This document shows positions 22,965 through 34,062 of a stretch of DNA of 64,000 bases, piece after piece. A program made the translations under genes and the position numbers. The notes under the pieces were generated by a model. It was given only the letters and a program-made list of their open reading frames with translations. It did not search any database and was not told where the DNA came from. The DNA comes from Phyllosticta citribraziliensis (taxonomy: Eukaryota): contig NW_027117339.1 in the NCBI RefSeq assembly GCF_038025025.1, positions 1,054,001-1,118,000 of the forward strand, in the 5' to 3' direction. Within the stretch, counting starts at the first letter, position 1. Each line of letters starts with the position of its first letter.

Positions 22965-23710
22965 ATGAATGCTTTGTGAATTCAATTCTTTGTTCAATTT
23001 GCGTCTGAGGACCATCGGGATCGGAGTTTTTTTTTTTTCAGGATCTTGTGTGTGTTCATGTACAAATCAAAGCGCCTTGGCGAGCGACTGCAGTGGTCGA
23101 GATAGGTTTAACGAGAGATTCCCATGACCTTCCGCATTCCTCAAACAGGACTTGGTTGACGCCCGTGGTTTGTTTATGGTTTGGATCCTGTTCGGGACAA
23201 AATTTGGAGTACTAGTCGTCTCCGATCGTGACCAATCAATTCTAATCAAATGAGCTGGAGCAAGAATACATCAAGACGAAGGACTCATGCTGCTCAGGGA
23301 CACGTCAATCACATTTTCAAACATGTCAAGACTGAAAAGGGAGCCGCAACCATATTGATATTGATACGACTATCCAAGAAATTGAAAAAGGCGTGACGTG
23401 CAAAGAGAGCAACCGCCCGAAGACAGTCAAACCCAGCAACATCAGCCTCGCCCCGCGTAACCCCACATTCCAACGCCTCTACTATGTATCGTCGCGGAGA
23501 GGAACGCCAGAGCCTGGTCTTGCCAACTAGTAGATCACCGAAGATAATTTTTTTGGTCGAATTTGAGGAAAGCTGTATGTACGAGAAGGGGAAGAACGGT
23601 CGTGTTGTCGAAAGGGAGAGCAGAGATGGCGACAGGGCGAGTTGGTGTGGGTTTCATCGCTCATCTACAGTCCCGTCGTGAAGGTTTCCAGAATGGCGAG
23701 GAGAGAGCGC

Positions 23711-24339
23711 TTAGAACTCGAGCTCCTCGTTGGCAGCGTCGATGACATCGGCAAGGGCCTCAGCGGCACGCTTAGCCTTGCGGCAGGGCTGGCCGGGCTT
23801 GACGCAGAAGCGCCACTTGAAGCCGTATCCGGCCTCAGCATCGGCCTCGGGGGCAGCGAGGGCATCGGCGATGGCATCAGCAGCACGCTTGACACGGACG
23901 GCGTGCTCGAAGTCGGAGACGGGCTCAGCACCACGCTTCTCGAGCTGGCCAAGGGCTGATGTTGGTCAGTCAGGGGGCAGTTCAATACCAAGGGGGAGGA
24001 GGTTTACATACCGAGCTCGCTGGCCTCAGCACCAGCAGCAGCGTAGGCATCAGAGACGGCATCAGCGATGGCGTCGGCGTGACGCTTGGCCATGCGGCAG
24101 GGCTGGCCGGGCTTCTGGCAGAAACGCCAGATACGGCCGACCCAACCCTTGGTGGGGCCCTTCTTGGGGTCAGCCTCAGCGTTGGGGGCAGCAAGGGCGA
24201 AAGCGGCGGCGTCAGCAGCACGCTTGACCTTGTCGCAAGGTTGACCGGGCTGGAGGCAGAAAGCCTGAGCGTCAGGGGTGGCAGCCGCGTAGGCACCGAC
24301 GATGGTGATAGCACCAGCAATGACGGAGGTAACCTTCAT
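23711..24339 (-). CDS. ppg1: Alpha-factor-like peptide pheromone precursor (ppg1/ccg-4/ppgA type); exons 24012-24339 and 23711-23955
   Basis: Signal peptide; three FCxxPGQPC units, each followed shortly by a KR Kex2 site; X-A/X-P dipeptide spacers (DA, EA, AP); GTATGT..CTGAC..CAG intron. Confidence 0.85.
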
Positions 24340-24428
24340 GATTGTTGTTTGGGGGGTGTCGGTTTGGTAGTGAGTGAATGCAGACCGTTGGTAGAGAAGA
24401 AAATCCATCTGGCTGCTCAAGACCGGGA

Positions 24429-25010
24429 TTTATACAAAATCCATGATCATTGAGGCGTGGTGTTTGTGCTGCCGTCAATAGGCTTCAATAGAGGACCGAA
24501 ACTTCAATAAGGTGAAAACTCGATAAAGAGTGGCAGCCAAAGGCGGAAAACTGCGAAAGAGAAGAATGAAATAGTGAAGAATTCGAGGCTATCAGTACAA
24601 GCCAAAAGATAGGGTAGTGTTGCAACAGGAAATCGTTTGAGCAATGTCTGGACCGGTACAACTGGGCTGGCCGACTCCCATAGGCAAGGGTGGGTTGACG
24701 ACAGGACACCAGGCTCGCAAATCCAACGTAATAAACGGATTCCTTTCTGGTATGTCCGTAGTACATCCTGTCTTACATTACCCACTCATTTGTTTTGTCA
24801 AACCCAAGGACCACCATCGCAGCAGCATCGCCTCTGCGAGGCCGTATCCTAATTCTCATGGTGTAAACTTTGACCAGCGGCATCGGGAAATTTTCCAAGT
24901 TCACGATGTGGTTCGCGTGGCTCTGGCGGGGAGTGGAGTTCAATGAACCGGAAGTAGTTCTCAATAGCAGGTGGATGCCAAATCGGGTTAGCCCAAAGGT
25001 TGCTCAATAA
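24429..25010 (-). promoter_or_regulatory. Pheromone-gene promoter: TATA (TATAAA, ~24429-24434) and clustered TCAATAR / CTATTGA-like sites
   Basis: gtcaatag 24474, ttcaatag 24484, ttcaataa 24503, ctcaatag 24960, ctcaataa 25003 (plus-strand spelling). Confidence 0.6.
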
Positions 25011-25605
25011 CAACCCGGACCAAGATGTGAGGATTTGGCTTCCCATAAGCTGTGAAACTAAGGTTGATGAGCTTTGTTCTTTGGCAATCGTCTGAAAGAA
25101 GCCGAAGCAAACGGCTTGCTCCTATTCTGGTGGCAGTTGAATTTCTATCATCTTGTGTCTTGGCAACGCGCTGCTTGCGAGATGGCTTGCTTGCCGAGAG
25201 ACCGGGGACCACGCGCATCTTAGGTATGGCTTCAATCTTGTGTTTCCAAGCTCTTCGGGTATTTGATGAGTGGGCTCCAGAGGTAGCATTATGTCCTAGG
25301 TCTGAGAAAAGGCGAAGTACTTTTCTGGTGCATGCAAATGGAAGCAATCTTGCATGTGCTTCGATGACCAGAGCTTCAGCATCGATATTCCGGATAAGAT
25401 GGTATCAGTGAGGTTAGAAAGAACCTGCTTGTTAGAATAGAAGCCCAGATGTTGGTTGCCCAAAGATGGTCGACGTTAGGTTCGGTCAGACAGCCCCACC
25501 GACCGGGCCGGCTGCACGGACCGGACGCGGACCGCGTCCGTTGGTGTCGTCACCCGACGTGAACGCGCCGCACGATTTGTTGATCTGGTCAATCGTCTTT
25601 GCGCC

Positions 25606-27697
25606 ATGCGCTCTCTGTTTTCCAGCGCAACGAAGCGCAAAGTCCTCATTGATCGCTCGGCTTGGGTTTGCAAACAATGCATACTTCGCTCTCAGCTCAG
25701 AAGGAGCTTTGCGACTGCAACGGCAGTGAGCGATGAGAAGAAGTACTTCATCACCACACCTATTTTTTACGTCAATGCTGGTATTTTCCCGTGGGTATGG
25801 TTCAAACTCGAATACTGACCAGCAATGCGTAGCTCCTCATGTCGGCCACCTCTACACGATGGTCCTCGCGGACATTCTCAAGCGCTGGCAAGTCCTGAGA
25901 GGAAAGAATGCCCTTCTGTGCACAGGCACCGATGAGCATGGACTCAAGGTCCAGCAAGCTGCGACGAAGGCTGGCATGCCAGGTCAGCTCTTTTGCGACA
26001 AAGGCGCCGAAGTCTTCAAGAATCTGGCTGCGCGCGGCCACATCTCCAACGATCATTTTGTCCGGACAACCGACCAACAACACAAGGACGGCGTGAAGTT
26101 TGCATGGGTAGGATGGAGGCAATGGTCCGTTTCCTGGGCTACATGCTCACGCATATACAGGAAGTCCTGGAAAAACGTGGATATATCTACTTGTCCAAGC
26201 ATGAAGGATGGTACTCTATCAGCGACGAGACTTTCTATCCCGCGTCACAGGTTCATCTGATCATAGATCCTGCGACTGGCAAGAAAGTCATGGTATGGAT
26301 TCAAGTCGTCGATAATTGGATCTTTCTCTGACAATGACTAGGCATCTAAAGAAACAGGCAAAGAAGTCGAATGGACAACCGAAACAAACTACCACTTCCA
26401 ACTATCGGCTTTCCGGGACAAGCTTTTGGACTTCTACCGAGAGAATCCTGAATGGATTGTGCCGCGGTTCCGTATGGACGAGGTTGTGCAGTCTGTCACT
26501 GAAGGCCTCTCAGACTTGTCCATTTCGAGGCCAGGCTCTAGGTTGAGGTGGGCAATCCCAGTTCCGACCGACGACCAGCAAAGGATATATGTATGGTTGG
26601 ACGCTCTCCTCAACTACGCCACGACCATTGGGTTCCCTTGGGCGCCAGACTCAGAAACATCAAACGTGCCGCCCGTTGAGCCTGGCCAAGGCGATGCAAA
26701 TAACCCAACGGAGGTTACTGAGGACGCGACAAAGACACAAAAAGAGGATGAGGCTGCGCTTAACAACTCAGGCGATAATCTGGTAGATTTATACAGAGGG
26801 TCCTCGGAAATGACCTCTAGTGGCTGGCCCCCTGACTGTCACGTCATTGGCAAGGACATCATGCGGTTCCATTGCGTTTACTGGCCGGCATTTTGCATGG
26901 CGCTGGGCCTCCCCTTGCCACGACGCATCCTTGCCACCAGTCACTGGATCATGGGCAAACAAAAGATGTCAAAATCACTCGGAAACGTTGTGAATCCCTT
27001 TTCTGTACTCGAGCGCTTTGGACCGGACGCGATGCGCTTCTACCTGGCGCACGACGGCGGCATCAACAACGACTCCAACTACAGCAACCACTACGTAATT
27101 GCACACTACCGAAAGAGTCTCCAAAACGGCATGGGCAATCTGACGCAACGAATTACCAGAGGCAGAGGGTTTGATCTGCGAAGAGCAGTCGTGTCTTCGG
27201 AGCAAAACAAGCCCAAAGAAAAAGGCCGAGAGAATCAGCAGGCTGCTCGTCGGCACTGGAAGATGCTGGAAAGCGTTGCAAACGACGTCGACGCAAAAAT
27301 GCAACAATACGACGTTAGCGGTGCCCTCCGAACGACAATGGAGGCCATCTACGAGACCAACCGTTATCTGCAGGAAGCTGCGCCGTGGACCTTTGTAATC
27401 AAGGAGAAGCCTGTCGTGGACTCAGGGACTGAGATGCCAGAAGTGGCCATCGTCAAAGATCGAAACTTGCCACATGTCGATCGCACTATTTACAACTGCG
27501 CGGAGACGCTGCGCATTACGGGCATTCTGCTCCAGCCGTACATGCCGGCGAAGATGAAGACGCTGCTTGACCTACTCGGCGTCGCAGAGGATAGAAGAAC
27601 GCTCCATGATGCCCGTCCCGGTGCGGACAAGGACTATGGTGTTCCCAAGATAGATCCGCTGAAGGTTATGCTGTTTCCCAAAATTGTTGAAACATAG
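25606..27697 (+). CDS. MSM1: Mitochondrial methionyl-tRNA synthetase; introns 25781-25832, 26108-26160, 26293-26341
   Basis: Arg/Ser-rich presequence; YFITTPIFYVNAAPHVGH (HIGH motif), GTDEHG, YVWLDAL, IGKDIMRFH, KMSKS. Confidence 0.93.
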
Positions 27698-28202
27698 GAG
27701 CAGGACGTATTGGACCAAAGGGATTCTTCATCCAAGGGTTGGTGACAAAGGTCGTAGTAGGGACAGGACGGAAGAGGGAAAAGTTAGTTTGTTCAACGAG
27801 CGCGGTCTGGAAGCACTCAGAGCCTCCCGGACTTCAGCACCAGGAGCCTTTGCATCCTTGGCCTCACAATCAGGGGAGAGGATTCAAGCTCACCTAGCAG
27901 ATGCATAGGGGGAGGAAACAAGTAGATACGCCACGGATTTTGCCTCCAATTTTCGATCTATGGCTTGTAAAATATTTCGAATTCTACTTAGTAAACCGAA
28001 CGTTCCTCCCCAAAAGTCTACATACTAGCCCCAGAGATCGATCACATATTGAACGATATTTCCGCTTTCAAGACGCAAGTACTTGGCCGTCTCTGTGTAG
28101 AAAGCTGTGCTTGGAGCCTCAAATGCACCTTCTAATCCAATGGACCATCTTTAGGCGGCGTGAGAGACCGACTACGTTTTCTGCACTGCTTCAATATCTA
28201 TC

Positions 28203-29798
28203 TCACACGTGCATCTCCGAAGTACCCGCGGGAAACTTCGCAATCTCGTCCTCGGCAGGGAGCCTCTGTTTCTGCAGCTTCGCGGCCACGGCATCGACTT
28301 CGTCCCAGACGCGCAAAACGTTCTGTCCGACAATCTTGGCCACGTCGGCGTCGCTGACGCCCTGCCTGAGAAGCTCGGCGACCAAGTCCGGGAACTTGCT
28401 CACGTCCTCGAGGCCCTCGGGCGTGCCCTCGATGCCGTCGTAGTCGGTCCCGAGGCCAACATGGTCATAGCCAATCAGCTCGCCAATGTGCTTGATGTGG
28501 CGGACGACCTGGTGCAACGTGACGTTTGGCTTGTACAAGTCGGGGATGCCGGTGCCGTCGTTGGACTCGGTGCACGAGATGAAGTCGGGGTTGAAGTTGA
28601 CGAGCACGACGGCGTTGCGCATCTTGACCAGCTTCAGGATGTAGTCGGGCACGTTGCGCGGGTGCGGGCACAGGGCGTAGGCAGAGCTGTGGCTGAAGAT
28701 GGGCGGCGCGATGCTGCCCGCCCAGTCGCCGTCTTCGGTGCCGCTCAGGACGTCGCGCATCGTGTCGGTGCTGACGTGCGACAGGTCGACTATCATTCCC
28801 AGACGATTCATCTCTTCGATGAGCACGCGGCCAGCGGGAGAAACACCGCCCCATTTGGGGGTGCTTTTGACCCCCCGGTTCTTTTCGTCGATGGTGACAG
28901 CGGCATCGGCGTAGATGTTGTGGCAGTTCCATGTCAGGGTTGCGTAGCGTACGCCGAGCCGGTGGAAGAGGCGGAGTGTCGATAGCGAGTTGCCGATTTG
29001 ATGCAGACCTTCAATGATGACGGGAGATATGAAGCCTCTCTCTTTGAAGGCGCGGCGGGCAGCCGCAGCATTGGGAGTAGGTGTAAAGTACTTGGGATAA
29101 GCCTGGCCAAGACGATGGTACAGGTCGAGCTGTTCGAGGGTCGCTTTGACAACTGCACAAGGCAAATCAATTTGACGAAGTCTCTCAACTTCATGACCAG
29201 AGACGACTTTCAACCTGTGAAGATGTGGCGTAGAGGGATCACTCCTAGGTTTCGAGAAAGGAGACACGGAAATTCAACATACTCGGAGCGTAGGCTGCAT
29301 CTGAGAAATCGGAGCCATTGGCAGGACACGGCTCAAAGGCGCTCCAAAAGGCACCACCGCTCAGTCCAGCCTCGAGCCTAGGAATGTCGGTGTGCTGCTC
29401 CAGCCCGCCATTCTCAAACTTTTTCTTGAAGTCCTCACCGTAGACGTGGTCTCCGTACAGCGCTCGCAGGACGATGAAGAGGTCATTGTGTCCGTCTGTT
29501 TATCGTCAGAGAACCGGGCTTCTGAATGAGCACGTCATCATGAATGACCTATCAATGGGTTCTGTCTCAAGATCTTGTGAGCGCGATATTCGATTGACGA
29601 GCAGTCTTCTCGCAGACACCTGACAAGGTTGTGGTCGGAGAATTGGACGTAAATAGCGCCCAGAATAAAGGCTGGCAACACAATGAAGTTGAGGATAAGG
29701 CTTAGAGGCGAGCGAGCCGCCCGATGCAGAGCATGGCGCTTCTCAGAAGGCGTAGGGCTTGATTGCTTTAAGTTCACTTCGGATTTTTCAGTGGGCAT
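28203..29798 (-). CDS. Membrane dipeptidase (peptidase M19) with an N-terminal TM anchor; introns 29496-29548 and 29153-29282
   Basis: PLIDGHND, IEGLHQIG, TLTWNCHN, MIVDLSH, FSHSSA, HPRNVPD, GTDYDG. Confidence 0.9.
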
Positions 29799-30115
29799 GT
29801 CGTCGATGATGGAGTAGCTTGAGCATTGGAAGGGAACGGTAACGTACAGAGCATGACGGGAAGTGTAAAGAGTTGTTGAGGGCGTCAATAGCGGGAGCTT
29901 CCCACTCTTGGCCCAGGCCGGGCGGGGATACGCGGACTTTGTTTGGAGGTGCAGGCCTGGGGCATCCATGACGGAGACGGAGAATCGTCCGTGCGTTCCG
30001 CGATCCCTGGTGTGGATCGTGGTCGACGCGGCGAACTTCGGTGGTGAGGTGGTGAAGCTGTCCTCAACCAAGCAACAAGCAGCACACGACCACCACTGTC
30101 CTTTCCACCTCCACA

Positions 30116-30755
30116 ATGGCCATCTTTTCGGCCTTCAACCTCATCCGGGCCATGAGTGCCTTCCATATGACTCTGTCTTACTTTCTGCTCAACGCGCCGA
30201 AAAAGATTGCAGACCAGAACCTTGTCTTCCTTCTGGGCGAAGCCATGCGCATTGTACGATGCCCTTCCAACTCCCTTGCAGCGGTGACCACATAGCTAAC
30301 CACCTCTTCCGCCACCACCAGTCCGAGCCCACCGGCTTCGCCAAGCCGAGTTCTGCCACGGCCATAGCCGCAGTCTTCCTCGCGTTCTGGGCCGTCTCGG
30401 ACGTCCTGGCCGTGTCCATGGACGAAGACGTCGCCTTTCCCTACTGGGCCAACCAGATTCCGACCCGCCTGCTCTTCCTCTTCGGCATCACCAGCTATTC
30501 GTACTTTTTCAAGCCGTCGGGGCTGGCCTTTGCCCCTGGTCCGGGAGATTTCTTGAAGAACAGGGTTGTCTTTACCTGGGGCTTCTTCGAGTGCACAATG
30601 TGGTTCTGGGTATGTTTCGGGTTCACTGTTGGGCCAATGCTCTCGCTGACAAGTCATGGCAGGCATACATTCGCATGCGCGAAGAAAAGTTTGAATTTGC
30701 GAAGCGCCTATTTGAGAGGAGGAAGAAGGAAGCAGCGGCCTTGAGGGACGACTGA
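30116..30755 (+). CDS. ILM1: ILM1-like multi-pass membrane protein; exons 30116-30253, 30322-30609, 30663-30755
   Basis: MAIFSAFNLIR...IADQNLVFLLGEAM; YWANQIPTRL; LKNRVVFTWGFFE...MREEK; in-frame canonical introns. Confidence 0.75.
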
Positions 30756-31023
30756 TGCGGCGGCCAGGTCTAGAAGAATACTGATGTAATCACTCCGCCT
30801 TTTTAGGATCGCCGAGTAATGTTTAAAATTTGGCAATTGGACAAGGTGCACTTCTAGCGATTGTTTTCAAGAACGGAACACGTCAAATGAGCTGTAGAAG
30901 AGCGTGGATATCGGAATTAAAGCTGCAGCAGGAGCAGCAAGACATCTGGTCTGCTACCGAGACCCGTCCTCCCCCTCAGACTTCAGAAATATTCTCAAAA
31001 CAGAATCCCACTCCTTCCGTCGC

Positions 31024-31677
31024 TCAAGTGTCTTTCTCAGGCGTCCCAGAAAGCGAACCCATCTCCTGAATCGTCTCCAGAACTGTTTCTCTCACCCCCA
31101 TCAGGGATTGCCTTCTTCCCTGTGTGAATGATATGCGCTCGTCCAGGGCCTCTTCGTAGTCTTGACGCGCCACGCTGAAGCGCCACTTTGCTGTTCTGAA
31201 CTCTGAGACACCTTTGGCCTGTTTCATCGAATCTTTCGCCTGTACCATCATGTCTAGTCGATTCTCGACAGCAACTCGAAGGTCCTCATCTTGAGCCTGC
31301 TCAGCGCGCCTTATTTCTGCCAGCCTTTCGGCCTCTTCATGCCGCCGTCTCTCCTCCACATGCTGCCGCCGGTGTTGCTCTTCCCTCTCCGCATGCCACT
31401 GCCGGTGTCCCTCTTCCTCCTCGGCATGCCGCTGTCGCTGTCTTTCTTTCTCCACGGCACGCCGCTGTCGCCGTCTCTCTTCTGATTCGGCACGCCGATG
31501 CTGTTGCCGTCTCGCTTCCTCGCGCGCTCGTTCTTCGGCCGGCTGCTGCCAGACCCGTGCCTCTTGTTCCGCTCGTCCATATCGCCCCCACGCGTCGGCC
31601 GGCAAGACCTGTACCGACTTAGGATGTACAGGTCGACGCCGGCGAATAAAGCGCAAGATGCGCTTTAGCAAGCCCAT
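31024..31677 (-). CDS. Hypothetical Arg/Glu/Gln-rich coiled-coil protein with ~11-aa degenerate repeats
   Basis: ~217-codon ORF from MGLLKRILRFIRRRR; 33-nt repeat units; no recognised domain. Confidence 0.45.
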   Translation of the reverse strand: MGLLKRILRFIRRRRPVHPKSVQVLPADAWGRYGRAEQEARVWQQPAEERAREEARRQQHRRAESEERRRQRRAVEKERQRQRHAEEEEGHRQWHAEREEQHRRQHVEERRRHEEAERLAEIRRAEQAQDEDLRVAVENRLDMMVQAKDSMKQAKGVSEFRTAKWRFSVARQDYEEALDERISFTQGRRQSLMGVRETVLETIQEMGSLSGTPEKDT

Positions 31678-32841
31678 TATCGGGGGTTGCGACAGGCGGT
31701 TGATTGTGCGGCGTGAGAGTGAGTTTTTGGGTATGGATCGCGCCAACTGTGATGGCTTGCTGGAAGTGTCGGACAATTTTGAGGACGGACGGCGATGAAA
31801 GAGATGCTCCTCGGTGGATCGAATCAAGTGAGGTTTTGGTGCGCCACTGTTTTGCCTCTGGCGATGTGTGTGTCGACTGAATTTGTATGCGTAGCGAATG
31901 GGGATGGTAGCGAATTAGGAGAGCGAATGAGGACGTGTAGCGAATAGTTGAACGAATGAGTGGTCGAAGCAGTAGTATCAGAATGATCGTTTGAATGCTG
32001 GTGTATGTGTTTATGTGGGACTCCCTGGTTGTAAACCATGGTTGCAGCTCTTGGGCGGCCTTCAAGGAGCACGCTCCTTCCTTTCCATGCTCTTTTTGCC
32101 TTGCCCCTTCCCGAGCACATGATTCCAGCGCTCTTGCTAGCTCAATCTTCAGTCGCTTGGGCTCTGCGCATTGTGCCTGTGGCTGGGTGAGTCGGCGTTG
32201 ATATAGATGCTTAGGTCCAATAAACCACAGAGCATTGTCTGCATACTTGGATTGGGTGGGAGAGGTATTGAGAAGCGGGATGGACAACAAATTTCGAAGC
32301 TGGGCTTTGGGTGCTTTGAGGTTTGGCATCCATGTGGTGGGAAGACAGGGGCGACAGACGATGCGGTAGAGGGAGAGGCGCAGGGAAAGGGGAAGCGGTT
32401 GGCCGATCCCGGACGCTTCCAAGCACGGAACAGTCTTCCTGGTTCCTGGGATGTATTTGTCTTGTACAAATGCACCGTGATATCAATCAATATCAGAGTC
32501 AGCATATCAGAGAAGGCAACCGGAAAGCGCATCTTGTCACAAGACTCATTGAAATCATGTTGGATCCCACAAGCGGAGCGTCAACGACCTGCACGGCCGA
32601 ATGTTTTTTCATTGCGCATAGTAGAGTGTATGCGGGCCTCAGCTACGGGGCGAGGACGTGGTATCAAGCCCATTGACAACAACGCCCACCAACCGACCGA
32701 CCCATTTGGAAAACTTTTTGTCGACTGCAAGCCGCACTGGCTGGCGAAAACCCCGGCGGCCGAACCCTCCTCGAACCGAATTGCTTTGGTGGCGCAAATC
32801 AAATGCTCAATTCATCAAGATCGAGATCGAGATCGAGACGC

Positions 32842-33412
32842 TTAAGCGTCCTCCTCGACGACGGCGGTGGTCAGGCCCTTGGGGTCCTTGACGTTGACGG
32901 CCTGGACGTACGAGTACAGCTTCTCCTTGGCGCCCTCCTCGTCGTTACGCTTGCGCGAGATGCGGACGCGGAGGCGGAAGGGAACGCCCTTGATTCCGGA
33001 CTCCCAGACCTTCTTGTTGAGTTGGGGGTCGAGGCGGACGTCCGAGGTGCCCTGCAAAGTTTGCGTCAGCCCGCTGTCTCTTCTCACGCGCGAAATCTCT
33101 CATCGAGTCGGAGAAAAACATACCATGGCCTTGGTGGCGAAGTCCCTAATCTCCTTGATGGCGCGGGGAGCCCTCTTCTTGAAAGAGACACCGTGAACCT
33201 ATTGTATTGCGAATATCCGAATCAGTCTTCCGCCCAATGCCACTTTGACGAAGCTCAGTGACCATTGCTGGACTTCACCAAACTGATATATTGCTTCAAA
33301 AACGTACACGCTTGTGCAGGTGGATGGTGTACTCGCGCGCGACAACGTCGGCGATGGCGCTGCGCTGCGTCTTGCCCGCGGCGGGCTTGTTGGACTTGGC
33401 TTGGTTGGGCAT
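32842..33412 (-). CDS. RPL31: 60S ribosomal protein L31 (eL31); exons 33308-33412, 33124-33198, 32842-33051
   Basis: [47 protein letters not shown]...[12 protein letters not shown]. Confidence 0.97.
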
Positions 33413-34062
33413 TTTGACTATGGTTTGAGCGATTAGCGGATGCCAAAATCGATCGAGAAACGGCTCCAAGCGAGATGGTGGGCTGTCGCGCACTTACAGA
33501 GTTGTCTTTGGAGGGTGGCCTGGGGTTAGGTTGTCCAGATGGTCGTCGCGATGTTCGAAAAGTTCGGGCGTGAACGTCGAGGATTTGGTGTGGGTTTGCT
33601 CGCTTGTGTCGGGGCAATCTCGGCGATTCAGCCTCATGTGGCGCTGCCGCGTGTGGCGCAAAGTCCTTTCTTCACCACGCAGACCTAGGAGTACCACCAT
33701 TCATCTAGTTCTCTCTGCAACGAGGAAATGTATTCAGATACACAGTCTACATTACACAACTTCACATAAGAATAACGGCAAGTACAGCATACACCAGGAT
33801 GTGCCAGGTATCCCACAAACAACACGCGCCTCCCACCCGACCAACCCTGCCTGCCTTTGTGACTCCCAGGTGTTCCAGTCCCAGCAAACCCGTGCCCGAA
33901 GAATGAAAAAATGCCAGCCAGCCAAACTCCGATCCAAGCGTGCCATGCATGCCGTTGTGTCTTCTCTTCCACCCGGGCCTTTCCATCTTCAAAGCTCGAC
34001 CTGAGAAAAACCGAATACAAAATCCCTTTGCGCAACGAGGACGGTGCGTACATGGAGTCTTC

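Noticed and set aside
28203..29798. GliJ-like dipeptidase as a sign of an ETP secondary-metabolite cluster
   Set aside because: No NRPS, P450, GST or transporter nearby; the neighbours are housekeeping genes.
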